Shown here: positions 7,430-15,831 of the stretch, piece by piece
How positions within the stretch are numbered: the stretch's first letter is position 1
Layout of the letters: each line of letters starts with the position of its first letter
DNA from: Bryobacterales bacterium
GTDB lineage: Bacteria; Acidobacteriota; Terriglobia; Bryobacterales; Bryobacteraceae
Direction of reading: 5' to 3'
DNA: 64,000 bases
NCBI GenBank assembly: GCA_003162425.1
Contig: PMOK01000168.1
Coordinates: forward strand, 997-64,996
Made by a program: the position numbers and the translations under genes
Notes under the pieces: generated by a model
The model's database searches: none
The model's input: only the letters and a program-made list of their open reading frames with translations
What the model was told of the DNA's origin: nothing

Positions 7430-10093
7430 TCAGTGTGTTTTTGCGGCTGCGGCTTGGCGGGCTTTGGCAACAAGAGCCTCCAAGCCCACGTCGCCGTGCA
7501 GGGATTTCAAGTCTTCGTCCTTTGCTATCCATTCGGCATTTGTATATCCGTGATCGATGGCCTGGCTTAGATGCTCAAGCGCCTCGTCGTGGCGTCCCGC
7601 CATGGCCGCCGCACAGGCGAAGTCATACCAGACATCTCGCTGGTGTTCTTTGCTTGCCTTCTGGATTGCTTCGCGGAACAGCTTCTCTGCTTCGCCAAAC
7701 CGTCCTTCATGACCGAGGGCCACGGCCAACGATGTGAGGCTGTGCAGAGTCTTGGGATGCTCGGGACCCAATACGCGGCGCCGGATCTCGAGTACCTCGC
7801 GGTCGAGCGCCTCGGCCTGCGCGTACTTGCCCTGGTGGTAGCAGGCATCGGCCAGATTGCTCATGTGCTCCAGCGTATTGGGATGTTCGGGGCCCAAAAC
7901 GCGGCGCTCGATCTTCACGGTCTGGCTAAAAAGTGCCTCAGCCTGCGCGTATTTTCCCTCCAAGTAGTAATCGAAGCCGAGGTTATTTGCGCTGGCCAGT
8001 GTGTCGGGGTGCTCCGGACCCAATACGCGGCGCCGGACCTGGAGGACCTCGCGGTCGAGCGCCTCGGCTTGCGCGTACTTGTCCGGATCCCAGTAGGTGG
8101 CGGCAAGGTTGGCCATGCTCATGAGCGTGTCGGGATGCTCGGGACCCAACACGCGGCGCCGGATCTCGAGTACCTCGCGATCGAGCGCCTCGGCCTGCGC
8201 GTACTTGCCCTGGTGGTAGTAGGCATCGGCCAAATTGCTCATATGCTGCAGCGTGTTGGGATGTTCGGGGCCCAAAACGCGGCGGTCGATCTCCACGGTC
8301 TGGCTATAGAGTGCCTCGGCCTGCGCGTACTTGCCCAGTCCGTTGTAAGCGTTGGCCAAATTGTTCATGCTCTTCAGCGTGTTGGGATGTTCGGAACCCA
8401 ACGTGCGGCGTCGGATCTCTAGCACTTGGCTGTGGAGCGCCTCAGCTTGCGCGTACTTTCCTTGGTCTTTATAAAGATTGCCGAGAGTGTTGATGGTGTC
8501 CAGCGTGTCGGGATGCTCTGGGCCTAAGACGCGGCGCTGAACCTCCACAGTCTTGCTCAAGATAGCTTCGGACTCTGGGTACTTGCCTTGATCTTCGGCA
8601 ACGTATCCAAGGCGGCGTGCGGTGATGAGGGTCTGCGGATGCTCCGCTCCCAGCACCTTGCGACGCAACTCCAGCGCCCGCTCCAATTGCTTCCGGGCAT
8701 CCGGGTATAGCCCCAGGTCCATGTACGTCTGCCCGATAGTGTCCCGAATCGACGCTTCCACCTCCGGTTGCTTGTCGAACTTGCCCGCGATCCTTACCGC
8801 CGCCCGGTCCAGCGCCGTTCGCACCTTCAGATCCGGATCGGGCTTAGCGCTCGGCCCCGACTGGGTGGCTGCGCTGGCCTGTGCCAGCACATCGTTCTGC
8901 AGGAAATCGTTCACCGCCTGCGCCACGGCTGCTTCCCGGTTCGCACGTATACTCTGCCGGATGCTGATAACCGCTGCCAGGGCGAGCACCAGGGCGAAGG
9001 CGCAAGCAGTGGCCAGCGTCCCGCGATAGCGTCGCGCAAATTTGCGGGCCCGGTACGCCACCGATGGTGGGACCGCCAGCACCGGCTCGCTCTTCAGGTA
9101 CCGGGCAATATCGGCGGCGAAATCGGAGGGCGAACCATAACGTCGCGACCGGTCCTTTTCGAGAGCCTTCAGCGCGATTGAATCCAGATCGCCGCGCATC
9201 TGTTTGGCCAGTGCCGGCGGTTCGGTCTGGCGTTTGTGCGCCAGTTCCGTTGAGGTAGCAAGATCCTGCGTGCGGATCTTGTTGCTCGGCTTGGCAGGTT
9301 CGTCCTCCCGCAAACGACGCAGAAATTCGTCAAACGCGATCTTTCGCAATTCGATGGGGAGGGCGCCCGCCAGCAGCTCGTAAAAAACTATCCCGAGCGA
9401 GTAGACATCCGTTCGCGTGTCGATATCCTCGCCCGACGAAAGCGCCTGCTCCGGGCTCATGTATTCCGGGGTTCCCACCAGCGCACCAACGCGGGTGAAC
9501 ATGGTATCCGCGGTCAACTTTTGGGTGAGCGCCTTGGCCACTCCGAAATCGATAATCTTTGGCGCAGGGTGGCCATCGACTTCCGTAACCAGAATGTTCG
9601 ATGGCTTCAGGTCGCGGTGGATGATGGCTTTCTGATGCGCGTGCTGGACTCCTTCGCAGACGTGCATGAACAGTTCCAGCCGTTCGCGCGTATTGAGTCT
9701 GTGATTGTCGCAGTAGGCCGTGATGGGAACACCGGCGACGTACTCCATGACGAAGTACGGCGCGCCCTGCGGCGTGGAACCGGCGTCGAGCACTTTGGCG
9801 ATGGCAGGGTGGTCCATGAGGGCCAGAGCCTGGCGCTCGGACTCAAAGCGCGCCACCACCTCGCGCGTATCCATGCCGGCCTTGATCAGCTTGACGGCGA
9901 TGCGGCGGCGAACCGGCTGCTTCTGCTCGGCCAGCCACACTTCGCCCATGCCGCCCTCGCCAATTCGCTGCAGCAGATGGTAGGGACCGATGACAAAGCC
10001 CGCGCTCGACTCGGTTGTGCCGATGGTGCGGGTAGCGAAAGGTTCGAGGTTGTCAGCGTTGGCTGGGGGTTCCTCGGTCGCCATGTGAATCAT
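7430..10093 (-). CDS. Ser/Thr protein kinase with a C-terminal TPR array (42-aa TPR_10/12-type units)
   Basis: GEGGMGEVWLA, AVKLIK, HRDLKPSNILV, DFGVAK, GTPEYMSPEQ; one TM (LATACAFALVLALAAVISI). At least 9 units follow, of the type GKYAQAEAL..RRVLGPEHP(D/N)TL. Confidence 0.95.
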   Translation of the reverse strand: MIHMATEEPPANADNLEPFATRTIGTTESSAGFVIGPYHLLQRIGEGGMGEVWLAEQKQPVRRRIAVKLIKAGMDTREVVARFESERQALALMDHPAIAKVLDAGSTPQGAPYFVMEYVAGVPITAYCDNHRLNTRERLELFMHVCEGVQHAHQKAIIHRDLKPSNILVTEVDGHPAPKIIDFGVAKALTQKLTADTMFTRVGALVGTPEYMSPEQALSSGEDIDTRTDVYSLGIVFYELLAGALPIELRKIAFDEFLRRLREDEPAKPSNKIRTQDLATSTELAHKRQTEPPALAKQMRGDLDSIALKALEKDRSRRYGSPSDFAADIARYLKSEPVLAVPPSVAYRARKFARRYRGTLATACAFALVLALAAVISIRQSIRANREAAVAQAVNDFLQNDVLAQASAATQSGPSAKPDPDLKVRTALDRAAVRIAGKFDKQPEVEASIRDTIGQTYMDLGLYPDARKQLERALELRRKVLGAEHPQTLITARRLGYVAEDQGKYPESEAILSKTVEVQRRVLGPEHPDTLDTINTLGNLYKDQGKYAQAEALHSQVLEIRRRTLGSEHPNTLKSMNNLANAYNGLGKYAQAEALYSQTVEIDRRVLGPEHPNTLQHMSNLADAYYHQGKYAQAEALDREVLEIRRRVLGPEHPDTLMSMANLAATYWDPDKYAQAEALDREVLQVRRRVLGPEHPDTLASANNLGFDYYLEGKYAQAEALFSQTVKIERRVLGPEHPNTLEHMSNLADACYHQGKYAQAEALDREVLEIRRRVLGPEHPKTLHSLTSLAVALGHEGRFGEAEKLFREAIQKASKEHQRDVWYDFACAAAMAGRHDEALEHLSQAIDHGYTNAEWIAKDEDLKSLHGDVGLEALVAKARQAAAAKTH
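7754..8305 (-). repeat. intragenic duplication inside the TPR array
   Basis: 7754-7927 and 8132-8305 are near-identical (about a dozen mismatches by eye). The offset is 378 bp, i.e. 3 x 126-bp TPR units. Confidence 0.8.
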
Positions 10094-10205
10094 TATGACT
10101 CAGTAAGCCAACGAAAATGGCGCTTCCTCTGCTGCCATGAGGTTGCCTCACCGCCCCGAAAACATTGCTGGGGGAAGTTTGGCGAGCACTTGGCCGTATA
10201 ACGCG

Positions 10206-10259
10206 CTATGCGCGGAAGTGCGATCGACGACACCACTACCGATAATGCGCCTTAACAGG
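10206..10259 (+). promoter_or_regulatory. recurrent intergenic motif, copy B
   Basis: CTATGCGCGGAAGTGCG-N16-CCGATAATG-N5-TAACAGG in the 445-bp gap between the kinase start (10093) and the cyclase stop (10539). No convincing ORF lies downstream on the + strand. Confidence 0.4.
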
Positions 10260-10538
10260 CGATTTCCGCCAGACGCCATCTCAGGCCAATGGCGAGGTCG
10301 CTGGGCCTGTGGCATCAAACTAGCTTTGTACGTGTAGCGACGATCCGCTCGCGGCAGCGACCGCAGTCGAGTTTCGGCCCTCGAGTTGCTTCCATTCGGA
10401 AGGCGCTGTTAATGACCATAACGTCAACCAAAACCTCACACTCACTGGATGGCCCTTGCAACAGTCGGGCTCGTCTGTCCGCAATCGTAATAGTCACTGG
10501 GACGGGGTGTCGCCGCCGGCAACTATGGCGTTACGTCC

Positions 10539-12575
10539 TCACAGGCGCTTTGTATCCCGATTCATGAGGCGATGGATTCTCGCGACCAGAGCATCGAATT
10601 GGGGTTGTCCACGCAAGTGCATGAGCCGCGGCTCGCGAGCCAGGTATACGAGCCACGGCGAGCGCTGCTCGAAGGCCAACTCCCATTGGCGGAAGGCTTC
10701 ATCCCGATCCCCTAACGCTTCGTGAATCAAACCGATCTCGTAAGAGGATACGTACTTATTTTGTGAGATTTGCTTTAGTTGATCGAGTTGGGCGAGCGCC
10801 GCATCCCGCCGCCCGGCGATAGCATGCGCGTGGGCGGCGAAATTTTCACAGACCGTGACGCCCCCGTTGAGCCTCGTGCCTTTTTCTATCTCGCTGCACC
10901 CCTCTTCCAGCAAGCCGGACGCGAGCAGTCCCCACCCGAGAAAAACGTGATGCCATCCGAAACCGGGTTCCTGATTTACCGCCGCGCGGCCTTCCCTCTC
11001 GGCCGTCGCGAAATCGTTCTCCATCAGCGAGTGCCAAGAGAGATGAGCGACAGCGAACGGATCGGCAGGATCGAGATGGAGATACTGGTGGCTGCGTTCC
11101 AGAGCTTCTTCGAAGCGTTCCGCCACGCTTAGCACGTGCGCGTACCAGTGAATTGCAGGCCCGTAGCCGGGATTCAGCCGGATCGCCTCGGTAAAGGACC
11201 GTTCGGCGGCGCCAAGGTCCCAAGCGAAGTGCAGGAACCCGTATCCCAACGCGCAGTGCCCTTCCGCCAAATTGGGATCCAACTGCAAGGACCTTTCCGC
11301 ATAGGCGCGGCCTTTGCTGTAAGCATCCTCGGGCGCCAGAATTCCGGCTTCCCAACTTCCCAATGTGTTATAGCAATCGGCCAGACTGGCATAGGCCAGC
11401 GCGTATTTGGGATCCCTCTGAAGCGCCTCCTGGAAACACTCAATCGCGGCGTGGGTTCCTGCCGGACGCTTGATCAAGTGGTACCGGCCCTTGAGATAAA
11501 GGCTATAAGCTTCCGGATCTTCGGTGAACCGCTTGACGGCGGGGGCCGGCTCTTCGCACGGTTCTCCGAGTAAGTGGCCGCGTAACTTTCCAACAACCGC
11601 CGCCGCGATCTCGTCCTGAACCTCGAAAATGTCCACAAGTTGCCGATCGAACCGTTCGGACCAAAGAGCGCTTCCGTCGGCGACCCTGATCAATTGGACA
11701 TTTAATCGCAAGCGACGTCCAGAGCTTCGGAAACTCCCCTCGAGCACACTGGCAACGTTCAAGGTGCGTCCGATCTCGCGGACGTCTTTTGTTTGGCCGC
11801 GAAAGGAAAATGCCGAGGATCGGGGAGCCACGCGTATTTTGCCCAACTTGTTGAGCGCACCGATCAGTTCCTCGGCCAGTCCATCGCCAAAATACTCATT
11901 CTCTTTGTCCTCACCGAGATTAGCGAATGGCAGCACGGCGATGGAGGGGCTGTCGATTGGCGCTTTCCCGACTGGGCTCGTTGGTGCGAGGGGAGCGATT
12001 CTCGACGGGCGCGCCGAATTACCTAATCCGTCTTTACAAAGATTGTATAGCTGAATCCCGACTTTGTGTTTTACCTCGTGGATGCCAAGGTCCTCAAGAC
12101 AGCCGTTCCAGTCCCGCAGTTGCTGCAGAACTTCTGCCACATTGCGGGAGAGCAGGATATGGCCCGCATCGCCACAATCCATTACCCTTTGCGCCATATT
12201 AATGCCCCCGCCGACCACGTTGACTTCTTCTTTGATGTCAGAGTGACGGCAGATTGGGCCTTGGTGAATACCCATGCGCAGCCTCATTTCCGAGTGGTTT
12301 CCGACTGCAGCGGCAATCTCTAAGGCGCACTTAACTGGTGAGACCGGATCGCGTAGAAAGACGAGTGCCATGCCATCACCCGTCGGAAGCGAGATCAATT
12401 CTCGTTTCGCACTCGCCTGCGCATACTCTAGACTTTCGCGCACTATTCTCTGGAGGATCGTCAGAAGCTCAATTTGTTCCTCTATAGAGCGAAGAGAGTA
12501 CCCAACAATGTCCATGAACAACACTGAAACAATTTCATAAGTCGGAGGCTGCTCAGGGGTGGTCATGACTTTCAA
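10539..12575 (-). CDS. class III adenylate/guanylate cyclase fused to a TolB_N-like segment and TPR repeats
   Basis: Cyclase homology domain (VLFMDIVGYS, PTGDGMALVF, NVVGGGINMAQRV), then IAVLPFANLGEDKENEYFGDGLAEEL, then a TPR-like C-terminus. Confidence 0.9.
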   Translation of the reverse strand: MKVMTTPEQPPTYEIVSVLFMDIVGYSLRSIEEQIELLTILQRIVRESLEYAQASAKRELISLPTGDGMALVFLRDPVSPVKCALEIAAAVGNHSEMRLRMGIHQGPICRHSDIKEEVNVVGGGINMAQRVMDCGDAGHILLSRNVAEVLQQLRDWNGCLEDLGIHEVKHKVGIQLYNLCKDGLGNSARPSRIAPLAPTSPVGKAPIDSPSIAVLPFANLGEDKENEYFGDGLAEELIGALNKLGKIRVAPRSSAFSFRGQTKDVREIGRTLNVASVLEGSFRSSGRRLRLNVQLIRVADGSALWSERFDRQLVDIFEVQDEIAAAVVGKLRGHLLGEPCEEPAPAVKRFTEDPEAYSLYLKGRYHLIKRPAGTHAAIECFQEALQRDPKYALAYASLADCYNTLGSWEAGILAPEDAYSKGRAYAERSLQLDPNLAEGHCALGYGFLHFAWDLGAAERSFTEAIRLNPGYGPAIHWYAHVLSVAERFEEALERSHQYLHLDPADPFAVAHLSWHSLMENDFATAEREGRAAVNQEPGFGWHHVFLGWGLLASGLLEEGCSEIEKGTRLNGGVTVCENFAAHAHAIAGRRDAALAQLDQLKQISQNKYVSSYEIGLIHEALGDRDEAFRQWELAFEQRSPWLVYLAREPRLMHLRGQPQFDALVARIHRLMNRDTKRL

Positions 12576-12711
12576 CGACAGAAGTTAAATGTTAGCTTAA
12601 CAATCCGAGCTCCGCGATGCTGACTGCTACTTAATAGGATCGACTTTCGAAGCATCTGGCCCACAGGCTTGCTTCAGGGATTGGTGAATATCGATTCCGC
12701 CAGCGTCGGCA

Positions 12712-12774
12712 GCGATGCGCCTCCTGCGCACTGATCGACGTCGAAGAATTAGCGACCGATAATGTTGGATAACG
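12712..12774 (+). promoter_or_regulatory. recurrent intergenic motif, diverged copy C
   Basis: GCGATGCGC..GATCGACG..ACCGATAATG..GATAACG, upstream of the kinase gene. The CCGATAATG block is shared with A and B but spacing differs by about 10 nt. Confidence 0.3.
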
Positions 12775-12888
12775 TACCGGCCCCCACAGGTCACCGCCGA
12801 GCGGAACCAGGACGTCAATATGCCATATTCCGGGAACGTCGTTTTTCATTCTCAATCTGCCGACTGGGGTAAAATCGTTCGACACTCT

Positions 12889-15546
12889 ATGTCTCTGGCC
12901 CCCGGAGCCCACTTGGGACCCTATGAGATTCTTGCGCCCATCGGCGCAGGTGGTATGGGCGAGGTGTTTCGGGCTCGGGATACCAAGCTGGGCCGAAACG
13001 TCGCGCTGAAAGTGCTGCCCGAAGTCTTTGCCCACGATGCCGATCGGATGGCGCGCTTCGAGCGTGAAGCGCAGGTGCTGGCGTCGCTCAACCATTCCAA
13101 TATCGCGGCGATTTACGGACTGGAAGAATCGGACGGTATTCGCGCCCTGGTGATGGAACTGGTGGAAGGGCCGACGCTGGCGGAGCGGATCGGAGGGCGG
13201 CCCATGCCGCTGGAAGAAGCGCTGCCGATTGCAAAACAGATTGCGGAAGCGCTGGAGTACGCCCACGAAAAGGGGATCATCCACCGCGATCTGAAACCGG
13301 CGAACGTGAAACTGACCGTGGACGGCCACGTCAAAGTCCTGGACTTCGGGCTGGCGAAGGCGCTCGACCCACCGGCACAGGCGGCGGGCAATCCGTCCAT
13401 CTCACCAACCTTGACGGTGGAAGGAACGCGGGCGGGTGTGATTCTTGGCACCGCTGCCTACATGGCGCCGGAACAGGCTCGCGGTGCAGTGCTGGATAAG
13501 CGAGCCGATATCTGGGCTTTCGGCGTGGTGCTGTACGAGATGCTGACGGGCCACCAGCCGTTCGCAGGCGCGACTGTATCGGATACACTCGCCGCGGTGC
13601 TGAAAACGGAACCGAATCTTACGCAAGTTCCGGTGCAAGCACAGAAGCTTCTGCAACGGTGCCTCGAAAAAGATCCGAAGCGTCGCCTGCGCGACATCGG
13701 GGAAACTCGTTTTTTGTTGGAAGACGCGCCACCGCAAGGTGTGCCCGCGCGCGGAAGCAGCCAGTGGAAGATCGCGGCTGGGGTGTTGGCGGTCATGGCC
13801 ACGCTGGCCTTGTGGATGGCATGGCGGGCAACGCGACCCGTCAGCCAACCCCTGATCAGGCTGTCCGTGGAGCTGCCGGAGTTTGCTCTCCCACCAGAGT
13901 TGTCCCCAGGCGCCAGCGTCATCTTGTCACCGGACGGAAGCCGCATCGTGTATACGGGACACGCCACGGATCGTACTTCCCGGCTGTACACGCGCAAGTT
14001 CGACCAGGAGCAGGCTGTGCCGCTGGCCGGGACCGAAGACGCCTACGGTCCGTTCTTCTCACCGGACGGGCAAGCTGTCGGGTTTTTCGCGGGCGGGAAG
14101 CTGAAGAAGACTTCCGTCGACAGGGGTGGAGTTGTGGTGTTGTGCGATGCATCACAGGGCATCGGCGGGAGCTGGGGTGAGGACGGCAATATCATCGCGG
14201 CGCTAAATGGTTTTGACGGAATTCTCTCGCGAATACCTTCGGGTGGCGGCACGGTCGAGCCGGTGACGGAATTAAAGCCAGAGAGGAAGGAATACAAGCG
14301 CTGGCCGCAGGTGTTACCCGGAGCGCAGGTAGTGCTGTTTACAGCGATGAACATCGGTGGAGGGGCCACCATCGAGGCGCAGTCGCTGCGGACAGGCGAG
14401 CGGAAAATCCTCATGCGTGGAGGCTCCTACGGACGTTACGTGCCGACTGGGCATCTGCTGTACTTGCACCAGGGGACGCTGTATGCAGCGTCGATGGATG
14501 TGAAGCGCCTGGAGCTGACCGGACCGGCCGTGCCGGTGGTCGAAGAGGTGTTGAGCAGTGCGTCTTACGGATTCGCCCAGGCGGATTTCTCGCGGAGCGG
14601 AACGCTAGTGTACGTGCGAGGGAAACCAGCGAGGCAAACACTGGTGTGGCTGGACAGTACCGGCCATACGCAAACGCTTCGTGCTACGGCAACGGAATAT
14701 AACGGAACCGTTCGTTTTTCACCGGATGGCAAGCGGCTGGCAGTGAGTGTTACGGAAGGCGGCAATGGGAACGTGTGGGTGTACGAGTGGGAGCGGGATA
14801 CGTTCACCCGTCTGACCTTCACGCGGGCCTTTGAAGGTTTCCCGGTGTGGAGTCCTGACGGTAAGCACATGGCCTTCCTCTCGGACCGGCATGGAGAAGG
14901 TCTGCCGAATTTGTACTGGATACGGGCGGATGGCGCGGGGGAAGCGGTAAGGCTCACCCAAAGCAAGAACTTTCAGGTCCCGTTTTCGTTCTCGCCGGAT
15001 GGCAAGCGGCTGGCCTTTGCCGAACTGGATCGGCAGACGAATGGCGCCTTGTGGACGCTGCCTCTGGGAGAGATGGAAAGCGACCACCCGAAGCCAGGCA
15101 AGCCCGAGCCTTTTCTCGTGGCGCCGTTTAGTGAGCTTGGGCCAATGATCTCACCTGACGGCCGCTGGCTGGCATACCAGTCGAACCAGTCGGGACGCTA
15201 TGAGGTTTACGTACGGCCTTTTCTCAGACAGGGAGGGCAGTGGCAGATCTCGACAGGAGGTGGGGATTGGCCCGTCTGGTCGAAGAAGGGACCGGAATTG
15301 TTCTACCGGAGCAGCGAGGGCATGATGATAGCGAGCTACACGACGAACGGCGAAGCATTTGTGGCGAGCAAACCGCGGCTATGGGCCGCGAAGAAGGATC
15401 TTGGGGATTACTTCGATCTCGCGCCGGACGGAAAGCGATTCGCTCTGTTGCAGCCAGAAGCAGCGGAGCAGAAGGGTCCGCAGCACGTCACATTTCTGCT
15501 GAACTTCTTCGACGAACTACGCCGTCGCGCACCTGTTGGGAAATAA
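12889..15546 (+). CDS. Ser/Thr protein kinase with a TM segment and a PD40/TolB-like beta-propeller
   Basis: [39 protein letters not shown]; [20 protein letters not shown]. Repeated (F/L)SPDG(S/Q/K/R) blades follow. ATG 12889 is preferred over the track start at 12820. Confidence 0.95.
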   Translation: MSLAPGAHLGPYEILAPIGAGGMGEVFRARDTKLGRNVALKVLPEVFAHDADRMARFEREAQVLASLNHSNIAAIYGLEESDGIRALVMELVEGPTLAERIGGRPMPLEEALPIAKQIAEALEYAHEKGIIHRDLKPANVKLTVDGHVKVLDFGLAKALDPPAQAAGNPSISPTLTVEGTRAGVILGTAAYMAPEQARGAVLDKRADIWAFGVVLYEMLTGHQPFAGATVSDTLAAVLKTEPNLTQVPVQAQKLLQRCLEKDPKRRLRDIGETRFLLEDAPPQGVPARGSSQWKIAAGVLAVMATLALWMAWRATRPVSQPLIRLSVELPEFALPPELSPGASVILSPDGSRIVYTGHATDRTSRLYTRKFDQEQAVPLAGTEDAYGPFFSPDGQAVGFFAGGKLKKTSVDRGGVVVLCDASQGIGGSWGEDGNIIAALNGFDGILSRIPSGGGTVEPVTELKPERKEYKRWPQVLPGAQVVLFTAMNIGGGATIEAQSLRTGERKILMRGGSYGRYVPTGHLLYLHQGTLYAASMDVKRLELTGPAVPVVEEVLSSASYGFAQADFSRSGTLVYVRGKPARQTLVWLDSTGHTQTLRATATEYNGTVRFSPDGKRLAVSVTEGGNGNVWVYEWERDTFTRLTFTRAFEGFPVWSPDGKHMAFLSDRHGEGLPNLYWIRADGAGEAVRLTQSKNFQVPFSFSPDGKRLAFAELDRQTNGALWTLPLGEMESDHPKPGKPEPFLVAPFSELGPMISPDGRWLAYQSNQSGRYEVYVRPFLRQGGQWQISTGGGDWPVWSKKGPELFYRSSEGMMIASYTTNGEAFVASKPRLWAAKKDLGDYFDLAPDGKRFALLQPEAAEQKGPQHVTFLLNFFDELRRRAPVGK

Positions 15547-15831
15547 CACGAACTTGCCTGCAACAGCTTCCCTTGAGATGAGTTTGCGGGATTCCTCCTG
15601 ATAGGTCGGCTTCTCGTCTTGTGGCCTTCAAGTTTGATGATCGCGCTGCGACGCTGTCAAATAGGGGCCGATAATGCTCGATATCAGTTCTGAAGTCCTC
15701 TTGCCGAGGCCCTGGCAACAAATTCTCTCTCGCGCGTAGGAATTCTGGAAACGAGCCCACATGACGAGAAGTCGACTTTTCAAGCCTGATGCTGTTATGT
15801 CGAGCCAAATGGCACGCTGCGAGTGATCTTA

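Noticed and set aside
7571-8422. 283-aa + strand ORF inside the kinase TPR region
   Set aside because: It is the antisense reading of a periodic TPR array, and its repetitiveness simply mirrors the sense repeats. The composition (Leu/Gly/Ala/Gln/Val/Arg-rich repetitive units) is atypical for a real protein.
12631-13329. 232-aa minus-strand ORF overlapping the start of the kinase gene
   Set aside because: It is antisense to a canonical kinase catalytic domain, and I recognise no motif in it.
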